The notes under the pieces are model-generated. The model ran no database searches, was not told the origin of the DNA, and saw only the letters and a list, made by a program, of their open reading frames with translations. Below are positions 26,659 to 36,326 of a DNA stretch of 64,000 bases, piece by piece (the first letter of the stretch is position 1; each line of letters begins with the position of its first letter). The position numbers and the translations under genes were made by a program. Source of the DNA: Trueperaceae bacterium (GTDB lineage Bacteria > Deinococcota > Deinococci > Deinococcales > Trueperaceae); contig OZ243956.1 in NCBI GenBank assembly GCA_965214405.1, forward strand, positions 4,256,001-4,320,000. The letters run 5' to 3'.

Positions 26659-29460
26659 CTAGCGCAGCGCGTTCATGAGCGCGTTTATTAGAAAAAGAAG
26701 TCGCTGACGCGCTTCCGGGGCTAAAGCCTCCCCCTCGAGCCCCTCACGAAACGCGCCGAGTCCGTCCAGCGCCGTCGCGGTTTCGTCCGCTTGAAGGGAT
26801 GTCTGAATCTGCTCGAGCGCCGACGCACTTATATCTGAACCGCTGCCAAACGCTCCCGCCTCTCGTTGTAACGCCTCTAACATAACCAGCGGGTCGGGGG
26901 AGAGGTCTAAGCCAACCAAGACCGGGTCGTGGTCGGAGGTGCGGTAGGGGTTGGCCTGGTAGTAGACCGGGTTGTTGTAAGAGGTGTCGTAGTCCCAGAT
27001 GTCAGGCTCGTCGGCGTTGATGTGCCACTCGGTCAAGCCCGTGACCTGCGGCAGCAAAGGCGCGTTGGCGAGCGCGTAGTCGAGATAGCCGAAAAGCCCG
27101 TCGAAAACGTAGGAGTAGGCGAACTCGCCCCCGTACGTTTCGACCAAATCGGTGTAACCGGCGGCTTCGAGCGCGTCGACGGGGCTTTCTTCGTCGTAGG
27201 CGTTGAGGTCGCCCACGAACAGCACGTCAGGGTCGGTCACGCCGGTGGGGTGGGTCCCCAACCACGCCGCCGTGGCCTCCGCCGCCTCGGTGCGGCGCGC
27301 GTTGTAGCAGCCCTGACCGCTGTCACGGTTCGCGCCCTCCGCGCCGCTGCAGCCCTTGGATTTGAAGTGGTTGACGACGACGGTGAACGCGCCGCCCGTC
27401 TGGGTGATAAAAGATTGCGCCAGCGGCACCCGGCCCGTCCCCGGCCCGACAAACACGCTCGCCGGGTCTGAAAGGGTGGCGGTCTCGCCCACCGGGACCA
27501 CCGCGTCTGTTTTGTAGAGGATGCCGACCCGGATGGCGTCGGTGCCGAGCGTGCCGGTTTGGATAGCTCGGTAAGTGTCCTCACCGAGCCGCGCGTTGAG
27601 GCCTGCCGCAAGGCTGCCAAGGGGGTCCGCGCCGGGGGTGTTCTCGAGCTCAATTAACCCGACAATATCCGCATCTAAACCGAGCAGCGCCTCTACGATT
27701 TTGGCCCGCTGCCGCTCAAACTCTTCCTCGGTGTCCGCGCCGCGACACCCCAAGTTCTGCCCTGCGCCGCAGACCTCGCTACCCGTGAGCGTCGTAAAGA
27801 AGTTGAGCAGGTTAAAGCTCGCCACCCTTAAAGAACCGCCCACCGCCTCGGGCGCGTCGGGGCGCGGATTTTTTTGGGTGTAGTCCGCCGCGCCGGTGGG
27901 CTGAAGGCGGTAGCCGCCAAAAGAATCGTCGAGCACGCCGACGAGGTTGGAGAGCGTATCGCCGCCGCGAAAGAGGTTGTCCGCCCCCAGAGGCTCACCG
28001 TTCGGGTGACGGGCCGGGAAAGCGTTTTGGGCGCTCCGCCCGTCGTCCAGCGTGATGCGGTTCAGTGGGACAGCCCTCTCGAGCTGCGCGATCTCGGTTT
28101 CTTGCGTGTCCGGGTCTAAGTAGCTCGTCGGCGTGTAGGCGCGGTTTTCCCCCTCGGGCAGGGGCAGCGACAAGACGATTTCGCCGAAGCGATCGTAGTT
28201 GTAGGTCTCGGAAATGACGAGCGCCTGGGGCAGCGTCACGCGCATCCCCTCGAGCCCCTCGAGCGCCCCCCGCGACGCCAGCGGCAAGGTAACCTCAACG
28301 GGCGCGGGCAACTCTGCCGTGCCCACCACGCTCACCTCGGTCACGTCCGCGAGTTGGGTTAACGACGCGCCGCCCGAAGTCTCATACTCGGTCACCTGAC
28401 CCGTCACGCGCACCCGGTCGCCGACGCTGACGCTTCCTGCGCCTAAACCCGGCGCGTAGACGAACAGCCCCTCGGAGGTGGCCGGGTCGCTGTCCACGTC
28501 GTCCACTTCCTCCTGCACGTAAAAGCCGCCCAAGTCGCCATCGTCAGCGTCTAGATTGGCTGTATCCAGCGCGCCCATGTTTGAACCACCCGTGCCTGAA
28601 CCGTCCTCGTCTTCATACTGAAAATCGCCGACCACCACGCCTTCAATCGTGACGGTCTGGCCGACTAGGGCACTTACGTCACCGCTCCCCTGAACCTCGT
28701 GAATGGGGGTAACCCTACCCGCCCCGCCGCCCGTATCCTGCGCGCCGTAAGCAAACGTGACGTTGTCGATAAAAACCGTTTCGGCCCCCGAGTTCGTGTC
28801 CACCCCCACCGTCAGCGTGAGGGTGTCACCCAGACCGTCCTCGAGCAGGGGCTCCAAATCAACGCTCAAGCTCCGCCAGCCGATGCCGCGGTCGTCCGCG
28901 CTGGCGCTACCGTTCAGGCCGCCCGCGTCAAGCTCGAGCACACTGACTCTTTCACTCCCGTCACTCAGCGTAACCGTAAACGCGTCACCCTCCTCATAAC
29001 TCGTGCTGTTAATCCAGTAGTCGAGGCTGAAAACGCGGTTTTGGAAGCCGCTCACGTTCACGGGGTTGAAGGTGAGCTCGAGCCGCCCGTCGCCATCGTT
29101 AAATTGAAAATTCTTCTCCGCGTCCCCCACGGGCGTGCCCGAAGGCCCCACGTTGGGCGCGCCCCCGCCGCCAAAGGTGTTGACGCCGACGTAGTCGTCC
29201 GCGTCGTTTCCCGGCACCACCGGCCCCGCGCCCACGCCGCGCGTGTCAATCCAAAACGTCTCGAAGCCCAAACCGGGGCCGCCCTCGTTAAACGCGCCGC
29301 CGTTCGTGAGCCGCCCGCCGCTCTCTACCGAATCGGTCGTATAGGCCGAGCCGGAAAGCTCGTTAAAGGTCTGTTCAGCGATAGTACCCGCCGAGCTGCC
29401 AGCAGCGGGCGCGCACGCGCTCAGGCCGAGGAGGAGCCAAAAAAGTGTACGTATGGTCAT
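26659..29460 (-). CDS. ExeM/NucH-family extracellular nuclease (lipoprotein)
   Basis: Lipobox LSAC; OB-fold (IHEVQG, GFYVQE, SEGLFVY); EEP domain (ASFNLLNFF, VVNHFKSK, GDLNAY, SDHDPV). Confidence 0.9.
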   Translation of the reverse strand: MTIRTLFWLLLGLSACAPAAGSSAGTIAEQTFNELSGSAYTTDSVESGGRLTNGGAFNEGGPGLGFETFWIDTRGVGAGPVVPGNDADDYVGVNTFGGGGAPNVGPSGTPVGDAEKNFQFNDGDGRLELTFNPVNVSGFQNRVFSLDYWINSTSYEEGDAFTVTLSDGSERVSVLELDAGGLNGSASADDRGIGWRSLSVDLEPLLEDGLGDTLTLTVGVDTNSGAETVFIDNVTFAYGAQDTGGGAGRVTPIHEVQGSGDVSALVGQTVTIEGVVVGDFQYEDEDGSGTGGSNMGALDTANLDADDGDLGGFYVQEEVDDVDSDPATSEGLFVYAPGLGAGSVSVGDRVRVTGQVTEYETSGGASLTQLADVTEVSVVGTAELPAPVEVTLPLASRGALEGLEGMRVTLPQALVISETYNYDRFGEIVLSLPLPEGENRAYTPTSYLDPDTQETEIAQLERAVPLNRITLDDGRSAQNAFPARHPNGEPLGADNLFRGGDTLSNLVGVLDDSFGGYRLQPTGAADYTQKNPRPDAPEAVGGSLRVASFNLLNFFTTLTGSEVCGAGQNLGCRGADTEEEFERQRAKIVEALLGLDADIVGLIELENTPGADPLGSLAAGLNARLGEDTYRAIQTGTLGTDAIRVGILYKTDAVVPVGETATLSDPASVFVGPGTGRVPLAQSFITQTGGAFTVVVNHFKSKGCSGAEGANRDSGQGCYNARRTEAAEATAAWLGTHPTGVTDPDVLFVGDLNAYDEESPVDALEAAGYTDLVETYGGEFAYSYVFDGLFGYLDYALANAPLLPQVTGLTEWHINADEPDIWDYDTSYNNPVYYQANPYRTSDHDPVLVGLDLSPDPLVMLEALQREAGAFGSGSDISASALEQIQTSLQADETATALDGLGAFREGLEGEALAPEARQRLLFLINALMNALR

Positions 29461-29546
29461 GGTTTACCCTAACTTTTATACGTGATTCTAAACGTTCTTG
29501 TGCCCCACGCTAACACAGATGCTAAACTCCAGAATCAAGCTAAAAG

Positions 29547-30041
29547 TTGATGCCAAGGAGGTGTTTTAAGGTGAGGCAAAAACGGGCTCAACGGTTCATG
29601 TCCAGAGTGGTGACGAGATGTTTGGGCAAGGTTTTGAGCGGTGGCTCGAGGCCTCAGGCTTACAGCTTCTTAACAACGGCAGGTTCAACCACTTTCCTAC
29701 TTCTGCTCGTCCTCTTATCAGGTTGTGAGGGGTGTAAAACGATAGAAAGTCAAACGGTTGTCGTCGATTCAACCGTTTACCCAGAGGTTCTTGAAATAGA
29801 CGCGACTAACCGCTGCTTCTGTTGCCTCGACATCAGGATACCGGGTGTCCCCGACGCTTCAATTGACGACGGTTATGCTGTTTTCTACTTGGGAGATCGG
29901 CAGGAACGCTTTGGGTTCGGATACTATAGCTTTGATAACCTTCCGCGAGATGGACAGCCTGTGGCTTTGGGCTACCGCCTCTACAACGACGAGGATGAAC
30001 TTGTTAAACAAGATGAAATTGAAATAAAGCTCATCTTCTGA
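29547..30041 (+). CDS. Hypothetical Cys-rich putative lipoprotein (start uncertain)
   Basis: FLLLLVLLSGC lipobox followed by CEGC and CFCC; lower GC than the flanks. Confidence 0.5.
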   Translation: MMPRRCFKVRQKRAQRFMSRVVTRCLGKVLSGGSRPQAYSFLTTAGSTTFLLLLVLLSGCEGCKTIESQTVVVDSTVYPEVLEIDATNRCFCCLDIRIPGVPDASIDDGYAVFYLGDRQERFGFGYYSFDNLPRDGQPVALGYRLYNDEDELVKQDEIEIKLIF

Positions 30042-30045
30042 AGTG

Positions 30046-31233
30046 GGTAGAACGTTGAGATTATCTCTCACCCCTGGAAGAGGGGCCTGGTTTAAGGCGC
30101 AAACTGCGCCTGATGGAAAAGGAAACCAGACCCCCAATCGAGAGTTTAGCGTGTCCCTATGAAGACTGCCAAGACTATGAAAAGCCAGCATCGGGAAATC
30201 TGAGGGTACGCAAAGTCTACGGTCGAGACAAGATTCGCTATCTGAGATGCACAAGCTGTGGCCGAGAATTTAGTGAGAGGAAAAAGACCCCGTTGTGGAA
30301 CAGCAAAGTACCTGAAGCCAAGGCGGTGTCGGTGGCCGAACATCTAGCTGACGGCTGCTGTAGCAAAGCAACCGCTCGCTTGGTCAAGGTCTGTCCCGAG
30401 ACCGTGCGTCGTTTGAGACGCAAGCTTGGCGAGCACGCCCAAGGCTTTCATGAGTCAGAGGTCAAAGAGGTGCGAGTCGAGGCTCTGCAGATGGATGAAC
30501 GTTATGGCTATGCGAGTAGCAAGGGCAGCCGCTATGGGAAGGGACGGCCGTCGACCCCAAGAGCAAGCTGGTGATAGCCCTTGCTTTAGGGAAGCGAGAT
30601 GAAGTGCTCGTTCGTGAGTTGATGGAGAGCAGCCGTGCCAAGCTGAGCAACCCGCACGACCTAGTCTTGATGAGCGACGGCTTTGAAAGCTACAAAACGC
30701 TCTTTCCCGAAGTTTTCGGAGTCCCCTATCGCCCTGCTCGCAAGGGAGACCGGGGCCGTTCCCCCAAGCTGCGTTACCGCATTCCCAGAGGCTTAGCACA
30801 CGCACAAGTGGTGAAAAAGCGGCAAGGTGGAAGAGTTGTTGAGGTTGAACTGCGTCTGGCGCACGGTAGCTGGAAACGGGTCGATAAAGCACTTGTCTAC
30901 CTGGGTCACAATCAACCCAATGTCTCGGCGGTCGAAAGGCAAAACGGCACGGCTAGAAGGATGAACGCTCTTCTGGTGCGTAAGAGTTTAGCCTTTGCCC
31001 GTTGTGAAGAAAGCAGAAAAAGTCTGGGCTGGTGGACAACTACGGTTCAGAACTGGTGTCGGGTGCAGCGTGGTCTCAGAGTCCCTCTACCCGAGCCACA
31101 AGGACGTAAGCTTTATCAACAAAGGACACCGGCTATGGCAGCAACTCTGACTGACTTGGTTTGGTCCATCCCTGAACTCCTTCGCTATCCTATTTATCCG
31201 AGGCGAAGTCAGGGATAATCACACAGCACTACC
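30046..31233 (+). mobile_element. IS1-family insertion sequence
   Basis: Imperfect IRs GGTAGAACGTTGAGATTATCTCT / GGTAGTGCTGTGTGATTATCCCT (reverse complement). 8-bp TSD CTGAAGTG at 30038-30045 and 31234-31241. Confidence 0.88.
30113..31218 (+). pseudogene. IS1-family transposase, frameshifted near 30521-30525
   Basis: Zn-finger CPYEDC...CTSC, HTH and QMDE. The frame then shifts at AAGGGC to QPLWEGTAVDP...SDG...VERQNGT.R...RKSLAF...RTPAMA. Confidence 0.8.
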
Positions 31234-31254
31234 CTGAAGTGTGACGACAAGTGA

Positions 31255-31298
31255 AAAAGAGTGGCTGAGGCTATTAACCTCGCCACTCTTTTGTTTTT
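31255..31298. terminator. Bidirectional intrinsic terminator downstream of sodA
   Basis: AAAAGAGTGGC...GCCACTCTTTT with A/T tails. Confidence 0.7.
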
Positions 31299-31330
31299 CT
31301 GCGAAAACAGTTTACTGTATCACCTAGCGC

Positions 31331-31921
31331 TTACTGCGCGTTGCGGTAGTTCTCCGCCACCTGGTCCCAATTCACCACGTTCCACCAGGCGCTGATGTAG
31401 TCGGGGCGCTTGTTCTGGTACTTGAGATAATAGGAGTGCTCCCACACGTCAAGACCCAATAGAGGCGTCTTGCCCTCCATCAGTGGGGAATCCTGATTGG
31501 GCGTGCTGGTAATCTCGAGCGTCCCGTTGTTCGACACCAACCACGCCCAGCCCGAGCCAAAACGCCCTCCGGCGGCCTTGGTAAATTCCTCTTTGAACGC
31601 GTCAAACGAGCCGAATGCGTCGTTGATGGCGCTGGCGAGGTCGCCCGAAGGCTCGCCGCCGCCCTGCGGGCTCATCACTTTCCAAAAGAGGTCGTGGTTG
31701 TGGTAGCCGCCGCCGTTGTTGCGGACCGCCGTGGGTAAGTCTCCCTGGCTCAAGATCTCCTCGATGGACATGTTCTCCATTTCGGTTCCTTGGACGGCGT
31801 CGTTGAGTTTGCTCGTGTAGCCCGCGTGGTGCTTGTCGTGGTGGATTTCCATCGTCTGAGCGTCGATATGGGGTTCTAAAGCGTCAAATGCGTAGGGTAA
31901 ATCCGGGAGTTGAAAAGCCAT
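31331..31921 (-). CDS. sodA: Mn/Fe superoxide dismutase
   Basis: [37 protein letters not shown] and DVWEHSYYL. Confidence 0.95.
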   Translation of the reverse strand: MAFQLPDLPYAFDALEPHIDAQTMEIHHDKHHAGYTSKLNDAVQGTEMENMSIEEILSQGDLPTAVRNNGGGYHNHDLFWKVMSPQGGGEPSGDLASAINDAFGSFDAFKEEFTKAAGGRFGSGWAWLVSNNGTLEITSTPNQDSPLMEGKTPLLGLDVWEHSYYLKYQNKRPDYISAWWNVVNWDQVAENYRNAQ

Positions 31922-32263
31922 GTGTGTCTCCTCTCGAGAGCGAATTGCAGGTATCATCTGGTCTGGGCAAAATTCAGCTTACAAAGTAAGGTTTAGAACG
32001 AAATTCAGAAAGTAGTTTTTACCCTAAACCGGCCCAACGGGGATGCAAACCGTTGCACATCTCCATTCAAAGCCCCTCGAGTCTAGCCAAAGGTGGGGAA
32101 GGATACCTTTTCCCGGCTTACAAAGTATGGGGGTGGGGGAACAGACGCGCACAGAGTACGCTTCCACTTCTACTCTCCACTCGGTGCTCGGTATTTCCCT
32201 TTACAAGGAGAAACAAAAAAAGCGCGCGGTCTAAACCACGCGCTTCAGTAAAAGCTTTAGAAC

Positions 32264-32506
32264 TTAGTAGCGGCTGCGGGAGCGGCTCATCGCGGGGGCC
32301 GCGTCGGTCACGGTGACGTTCGCGGCCTGCAAGCCTTTTTGGCCCTGCTCGACGTTGAACTCGACCTTGTCGCCCTCGTTAAGTTCGCGGTAGCCGTCGC
32401 CCTGGATGGCCGAGAAGTGAACAAACACGTCCTCGCCGCCCTCGGACTGCTCGATAAAGCCGAAGCCTTTTTCGCTGTTGAACCATTTGACTGTACCTGT
32501 TGCCAT
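32264..32506 (-). CDS. cspA: Cold-shock protein
   Basis: [24 protein letters not shown] and QAANV. Confidence 0.93.
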   Translation of the reverse strand: MATGTVKWFNSEKGFGFIEQSEGGEDVFVHFSAIQGDGYRELNEGDKVEFNVEQGQKGLQAANVTVTDAAPAMSRSRSRY

Positions 32507-32623
32507 GTTACCCATCTTTCTGCATGAATGCTTTCACGCTTGCTCTTCCGGACGAATGCACGCCCGCACCACAACGAGCTTACAACGTCACTTTATGGTC
32601 GTCGCCTTGTCGCGGATAACTTG

Positions 32624-32652
32624 ACTATAAGCCAATTCGTCACAAAACGCAA
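32624..32652 (-). promoter_or_regulatory. csp promoter giving a 5' UTR of about 110 nt
   Basis: TTGCGT-17-TATAGT on the minus strand; long 5' UTRs are typical of csp genes. Confidence 0.5.
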
Positions 32653-32675
32653 GGGGCTGTGAACGAAAAATGGCG

Positions 32676-33476
32676 TCAACGAGGTGACAGAGCCGTAAAA
32701 CGCGCCTCGAGCCCCCTCACCACTATCCCACGCGGCTCGAGCCTCAGCGCCTCCACAAGTTCTTTTGTCCAAAGCCAAAGAGCAGCGTAGACAGCTTCCA
32801 ATTTTTCAAGACCACCCGTGCAGGCCGCAAAACGCATGTGCGTTGGGAGGTCCTGCTCGAGCCCCCGCGACGGCGTAGGCCAGTGTTGCGCCGCGCCTTC
32901 CGCCGCCCGCGCCAGCCACAGCATATGACGGTGGATGTGGTGGAGCGTATCGAAAGCCCTCACCCGCTCGCCCCGCTCAAGAACATTTAGGCCCAGCAAG
33001 AGCCAGTTGAGGAGGCGGTCGTACACAGTTTGCAAGGAGTCGGGCTCGAGCCCCTCAAAGGGTTTGTCGTGCCAGTAGGTGAGATGCCCCGCCAACTCGC
33101 CCGTGCGGTCGAGCACAAGCGTCGCGTGGGGAGAGGAGACGTTAGGAACGGCAGGCCAGTCCCTGATTTGCGCCATTCTCGAGGCCGGTTCAAAATGAAA
33201 CTCGCCCCGCACGCCGTTCTCAAAAATTGCCACGCTTGTCCCAAACTCGTTCGTGAGGAGGAGCGCGACAGGGGAGACCTGCGCCACCCACGCGTCAATT
33301 TGAATGGTCTGGAAAACCTCATCCGCAAAAAAGAGATAAAACTCGATGTCCGAGTACGCGTCACCCCCGCCCTTGGCGAACGAGCCGTACATGAGCGCCG
33401 CTCTAAGGCGCGCGTCCTCCTGGCAAAGCCTTTTAATTCGCGCAATCATCTCTTCTTGGGGTAGCTGAGACGGCAT
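32676..33476 (-). CDS. Lincosamide nucleotidyltransferase-like protein (LinB/Lnu(B/F/G) type)
   Basis: LMYGSFAKGGGDAYSDIEFYLF, NEFGT..AIFENG.RGEFHF, NVL.RGE..RA and HW..P.R.LE.D. Confidence 0.75.
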   Translation of the reverse strand: MPSQLPQEEMIARIKRLCQEDARLRAALMYGSFAKGGGDAYSDIEFYLFFADEVFQTIQIDAWVAQVSPVALLLTNEFGTSVAIFENGVRGEFHFEPASRMAQIRDWPAVPNVSSPHATLVLDRTGELAGHLTYWHDKPFEGLEPDSLQTVYDRLLNWLLLGLNVLERGERVRAFDTLHHIHRHMLWLARAAEGAAQHWPTPSRGLEQDLPTHMRFAACTGGLEKLEAVYAALWLWTKELVEALRLEPRGIVVRGLEARFTALSPR

Positions 33477-33988
33477 CAGAAGACTTCAGCTCGAGCCTGC
33501 ACATAAACCTCGTAGTCGTGGGAGCTAAAGAGCACCATCACCACGCGCTCCAAGGAGGTGTCGCGGCCAAAAAAGTGCTTGGTCTCAATCATGGCGATGC
33601 GGCTCGCCCGCTCGATAGGAAAGCCGTAGACCCCGGTGCTGATGGACGGAAACGCAATCGTTTTGACGCCCCCTTCTACCGCCAAGCTAAAAACGCTCTG
33701 GTAACAACTCGCCAGAAGCTCGTCCTCGCCGCTGTGCCCGCCCCGCCACACCGGGCCGACCGTGTGAATCACAAACTTGGCGGGCAGCTTGTAGCCCTTG
33801 GTAAGGCGCGCCTCGCCTGTGGGACAGCCGCCCAGGGCGCGCGTTTCTTGTAAAAGCTTCGGCCCCGCCGCGCGGTGAATCGCGCCGTCCACGCCGCCGC
33901 CGCCCAGCAGTGACGTGTTCGCGGCGTTGACGACGGCGTCAACATGCTGTTTGGTGATGTCGCCTAGGGTGAGCTCGAGTTCGGCCAT
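33476..33988 (-). CDS. Macro-domain O-acetyl-ADP-ribose deacetylase
   Basis: [34 protein letters not shown] and [13 protein letters not shown]. Confidence 0.92.
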   Translation of the reverse strand: MAELELTLGDITKQHVDAVVNAANTSLLGGGGVDGAIHRAAGPKLLQETRALGGCPTGEARLTKGYKLPAKFVIHTVGPVWRGGHSGEDELLASCYQSVFSLAVEGGVKTIAFPSISTGVYGFPIERASRIAMIETKHFFGRDTSLERVVMVLFSSHDYEVYVQARAEVF

Positions 33989-34139
33989 AACTTGATTTTA
34001 CGCAAACTCAAGCACGCTGTGACCGGACTGCTCGAGCGTTGGTTTGACTTGAGATTTATACAAGTTTCGGGGTTGCGACTGTAAGAACGCTGTAAGAGGG
34101 TGCCCTCTAAGCTTCGGCTTAGATTTAGGAAGGTGTAAC

Positions 34140-34535
34140 GTGAACACGCTATTTTCAATGCAAGGCAGAATAGGCCGGAGAACCTATGTTTTGCTCTTGC
34201 TTTCGGCTGTTGCTGTCTACCTCGCATCGTCATTTACCTTAGGGTTCATCTTCGCGGTGGTTCGTCCCGACCTTTTTGTGACTGAAGGGCTGCCTTCCTT
34301 TTCTACCGTGCTGGTCTGTCTGGCTGGCATACCTTCTTTGCACATCGTTGTGGCTGCGAAAGTCAAGCGTCTACACGACCTTAACCGTCCCGGCTCTCAC
34401 CTCCGGGTGCATCTTTCCGCCATATACGGTACTGACCTCGAGCTCGCCATGCTTACAAAACTGGGTACGGCAGGCGATAATTGTTACGGTCCCAGCTCCA
34501 CGCGGTCACCGGCGCAGGGCGCGCGGATGGCCTAG
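34140..34535 (+). CDS. DUF805 membrane protein
   Basis: FSMQGRIGR..Y, KRLHDLNRPG and GTAGDN.YGP. Confidence 0.75.
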   Translation: MNTLFSMQGRIGRRTYVLLLLSAVAVYLASSFTLGFIFAVVRPDLFVTEGLPSFSTVLVCLAGIPSLHIVVAAKVKRLHDLNRPGSHLRVHLSAIYGTDLELAMLTKLGTAGDNCYGPSSTRSPAQGARMA

Positions 34536-34654
34536 AGAAGCACTTTCGCAGTTACCAGCAGTAGAGAAAAGCTGAATCGGACGTGCAGAGAATCTGCTTT
34601 AGAAAAGCGGATGAACTACTTTTTGGCTTGACTAACTCCAGTTCTCCCGGCGTC

Positions 34655-35071
34655 CTACCGCTTGAGGCTCAGCAGCGCCATGATGGTCGGAACCGCGACG
34701 ACGCCGTGCATGATCTCGAGCGTCCAGCCCGTCACGGGGCTCAAGGCCGCGGTGATGGGATTAATCGCAAACACGATAAAGACAACCGCCGCGACGAGCA
34801 AAAAAACCGGATTCGGGTTGGCGAGAAAACGGTTCAAAAGCCAGTAGACGGCTCCCGCGACGAGCGCGGGCACAATGCTAAAGAGAATAATGGGGATGAG
34901 CCCGACGCTATCGGTAACGGGCGTGTCCACAGCCAAAGGTCCGCCGAGGATGGCCCGCGCGATAAAATAGATGACGGCGTTGATAAGAGCCGCGATAAGC
35001 CCGGCGGTGAGCCCGGCGCGCAGGGCGCTTGAGAATGAAACGTTGGATGTGGTTCTGCTAACGGTGGTCAT
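34655..35071 (-). CDS. Four-TM membrane protein (DUF6069-like)
   Basis: Hydrophobic helices and a C-terminal L.IMH.V motif; SD AAGGAGG before ATG 35071. Confidence 0.65.
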   Translation of the reverse strand: MTTVSRTTSNVSFSSALRAGLTAGLIAALINAVIYFIARAILGGPLAVDTPVTDSVGLIPIILFSIVPALVAGAVYWLLNRFLANPNPVFLLVAAVVFIVFAINPITAALSPVTGWTLEIMHGVVAVPTIMALLSLKR

Positions 35072-35252
35072 GACTGCCTCCTTTGGCGTCCGCCCCCGCA
35101 CGCCTGCTAAACTTTGGTTCCCAGACCGCGCGACCCGCTTTCGGTCGCTCGAGCCTTTGGCTCGCAGTACACATCATAAAGTATAGTGTGCAATGACCGT
35201 GTAAGGGTCGAGCCGCACCGCCTTTTTTGGGCGAAGGCGTAAGCCGCACGAT

Positions 35253-36212
35253 TCAGTCTTCAAACGAAAACCTCACGAGTTTATCCGCCGCCGACGCCGC
35301 GCCCCAGACCTCACCGGGACGCCCGAGCAGTTGGCGCACCTGCGCGCCCGCCGTGGACAGCTCGAAGCTCTCAAAACTTTCGGTCTCCGGGTCGAAGCGC
35401 ACCACCGCGTCCCCGCCGAAGTCGGTCAGCCAGACCTTGTCTTGCTCATCCACGTAGACCGCGTACGCCGCCGGGTTGTCGCCGGGCAGAGGCCACTCGC
35501 GCCACGTTTGGGTCGCAGGGTCGTAAACCGCCACCTGCCCCGCGTTCCACTCCGCCACCCAGATGCGCCCGGTAGCGTCCGACCAAACGCGGCGGGCACC
35601 CTGGTTGGGGGTGGGCGGCTCGAGCACCGTCACCTCACCGGTCTCTGTGTTGACGTGTCCAACATAGGAGCCCGCCAACGACGCGTAGTAAACCTCACCC
35701 AAAGGCGTGGCGGCGATACCGTAAGGACCCGCGCCGCGCGGCGCGTCGTACACTTGCATCTCTTCGGTTGCTGGGTTAAAGCTGCCGTAAATCTCTGACT
35801 GTCCCGTAAACCAGAGCACGCCGTTCCCGTCGAAAGTCGCCGTGTTGAGGTTGGCGTAGCCGGTGCTCTCGGGTAGCGGGTAAACCGTGACTTCTTCCGT
35901 CTCAGCGTCCACCTTGACAATGGCGTTGAGGCCGCCGTCGGTCACCCACGCATCCCCATCCGGGCCGACGATGACGCCGTGGGGTCTCGAGCCCTCCCCC
36001 AAAGGAACGCGCGTCACCTCGCCCGTTTGGGGATTCAATTTGCCCAACTCGCCCGAACCCTGTCCGGTATACCAGACGCCGCCGTCCGGCGCGGGCGCGA
36101 CGTCGTGGGGACGTGATGAGGGGACGGCGTACTCCGCAATCTCTTGGGCGGTCGCGGGAGAAAAGAACAAAAACGCCGCTATGACCGTTGCTGTGAGGTT
36201 TCGCCTAATCAC
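35253..36212 (-). CDS. Secreted Vgb-like beta-propeller protein
   Basis: Signal peptide ending PATA-Q; repeats PHDVAPAPDG.VWYT, PHGVIVGPDG.AWVT and PYGIAATP; SD AGGAG before GTG 36212. Confidence 0.8.
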   Translation of the reverse strand: MIRRNLTATVIAAFLFFSPATAQEIAEYAVPSSRPHDVAPAPDGGVWYTGQGSGELGKLNPQTGEVTRVPLGEGSRPHGVIVGPDGDAWVTDGGLNAIVKVDAETEEVTVYPLPESTGYANLNTATFDGNGVLWFTGQSEIYGSFNPATEEMQVYDAPRGAGPYGIAATPLGEVYYASLAGSYVGHVNTETGEVTVLEPPTPNQGARRVWSDATGRIWVAEWNAGQVAVYDPATQTWREWPLPGDNPAAYAVYVDEQDKVWLTDFGGDAVVRFDPETESFESFELSTAGAQVRQLLGRPGEVWGAASAADKLVRFSFED

Positions 36213-36326
36213 GCCTGGTCTCCTAATCTGGTTTGTTTCTGCCCGCGTTGGGCAAACCTGAGCGTACGGAAGTTGATGACTTTGGTGAATCATAAAGGTA
36301 TAGGCGCTCATCATGGAGGTGACGGG

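Noticed and set aside
31977..32128. Direct repeat GCTTACAAAGTA (twice) and a TTTAG half-site upstream of sodA as a metal-regulator box
   Set aside because: The copies are about 140 bp apart with no complete palindrome; too weak to support.
35253..36212. True virginiamycin B lyase resistance gene
   Set aside because: It has a signal peptide and lacks the C-terminal catalytic EPHG motif.
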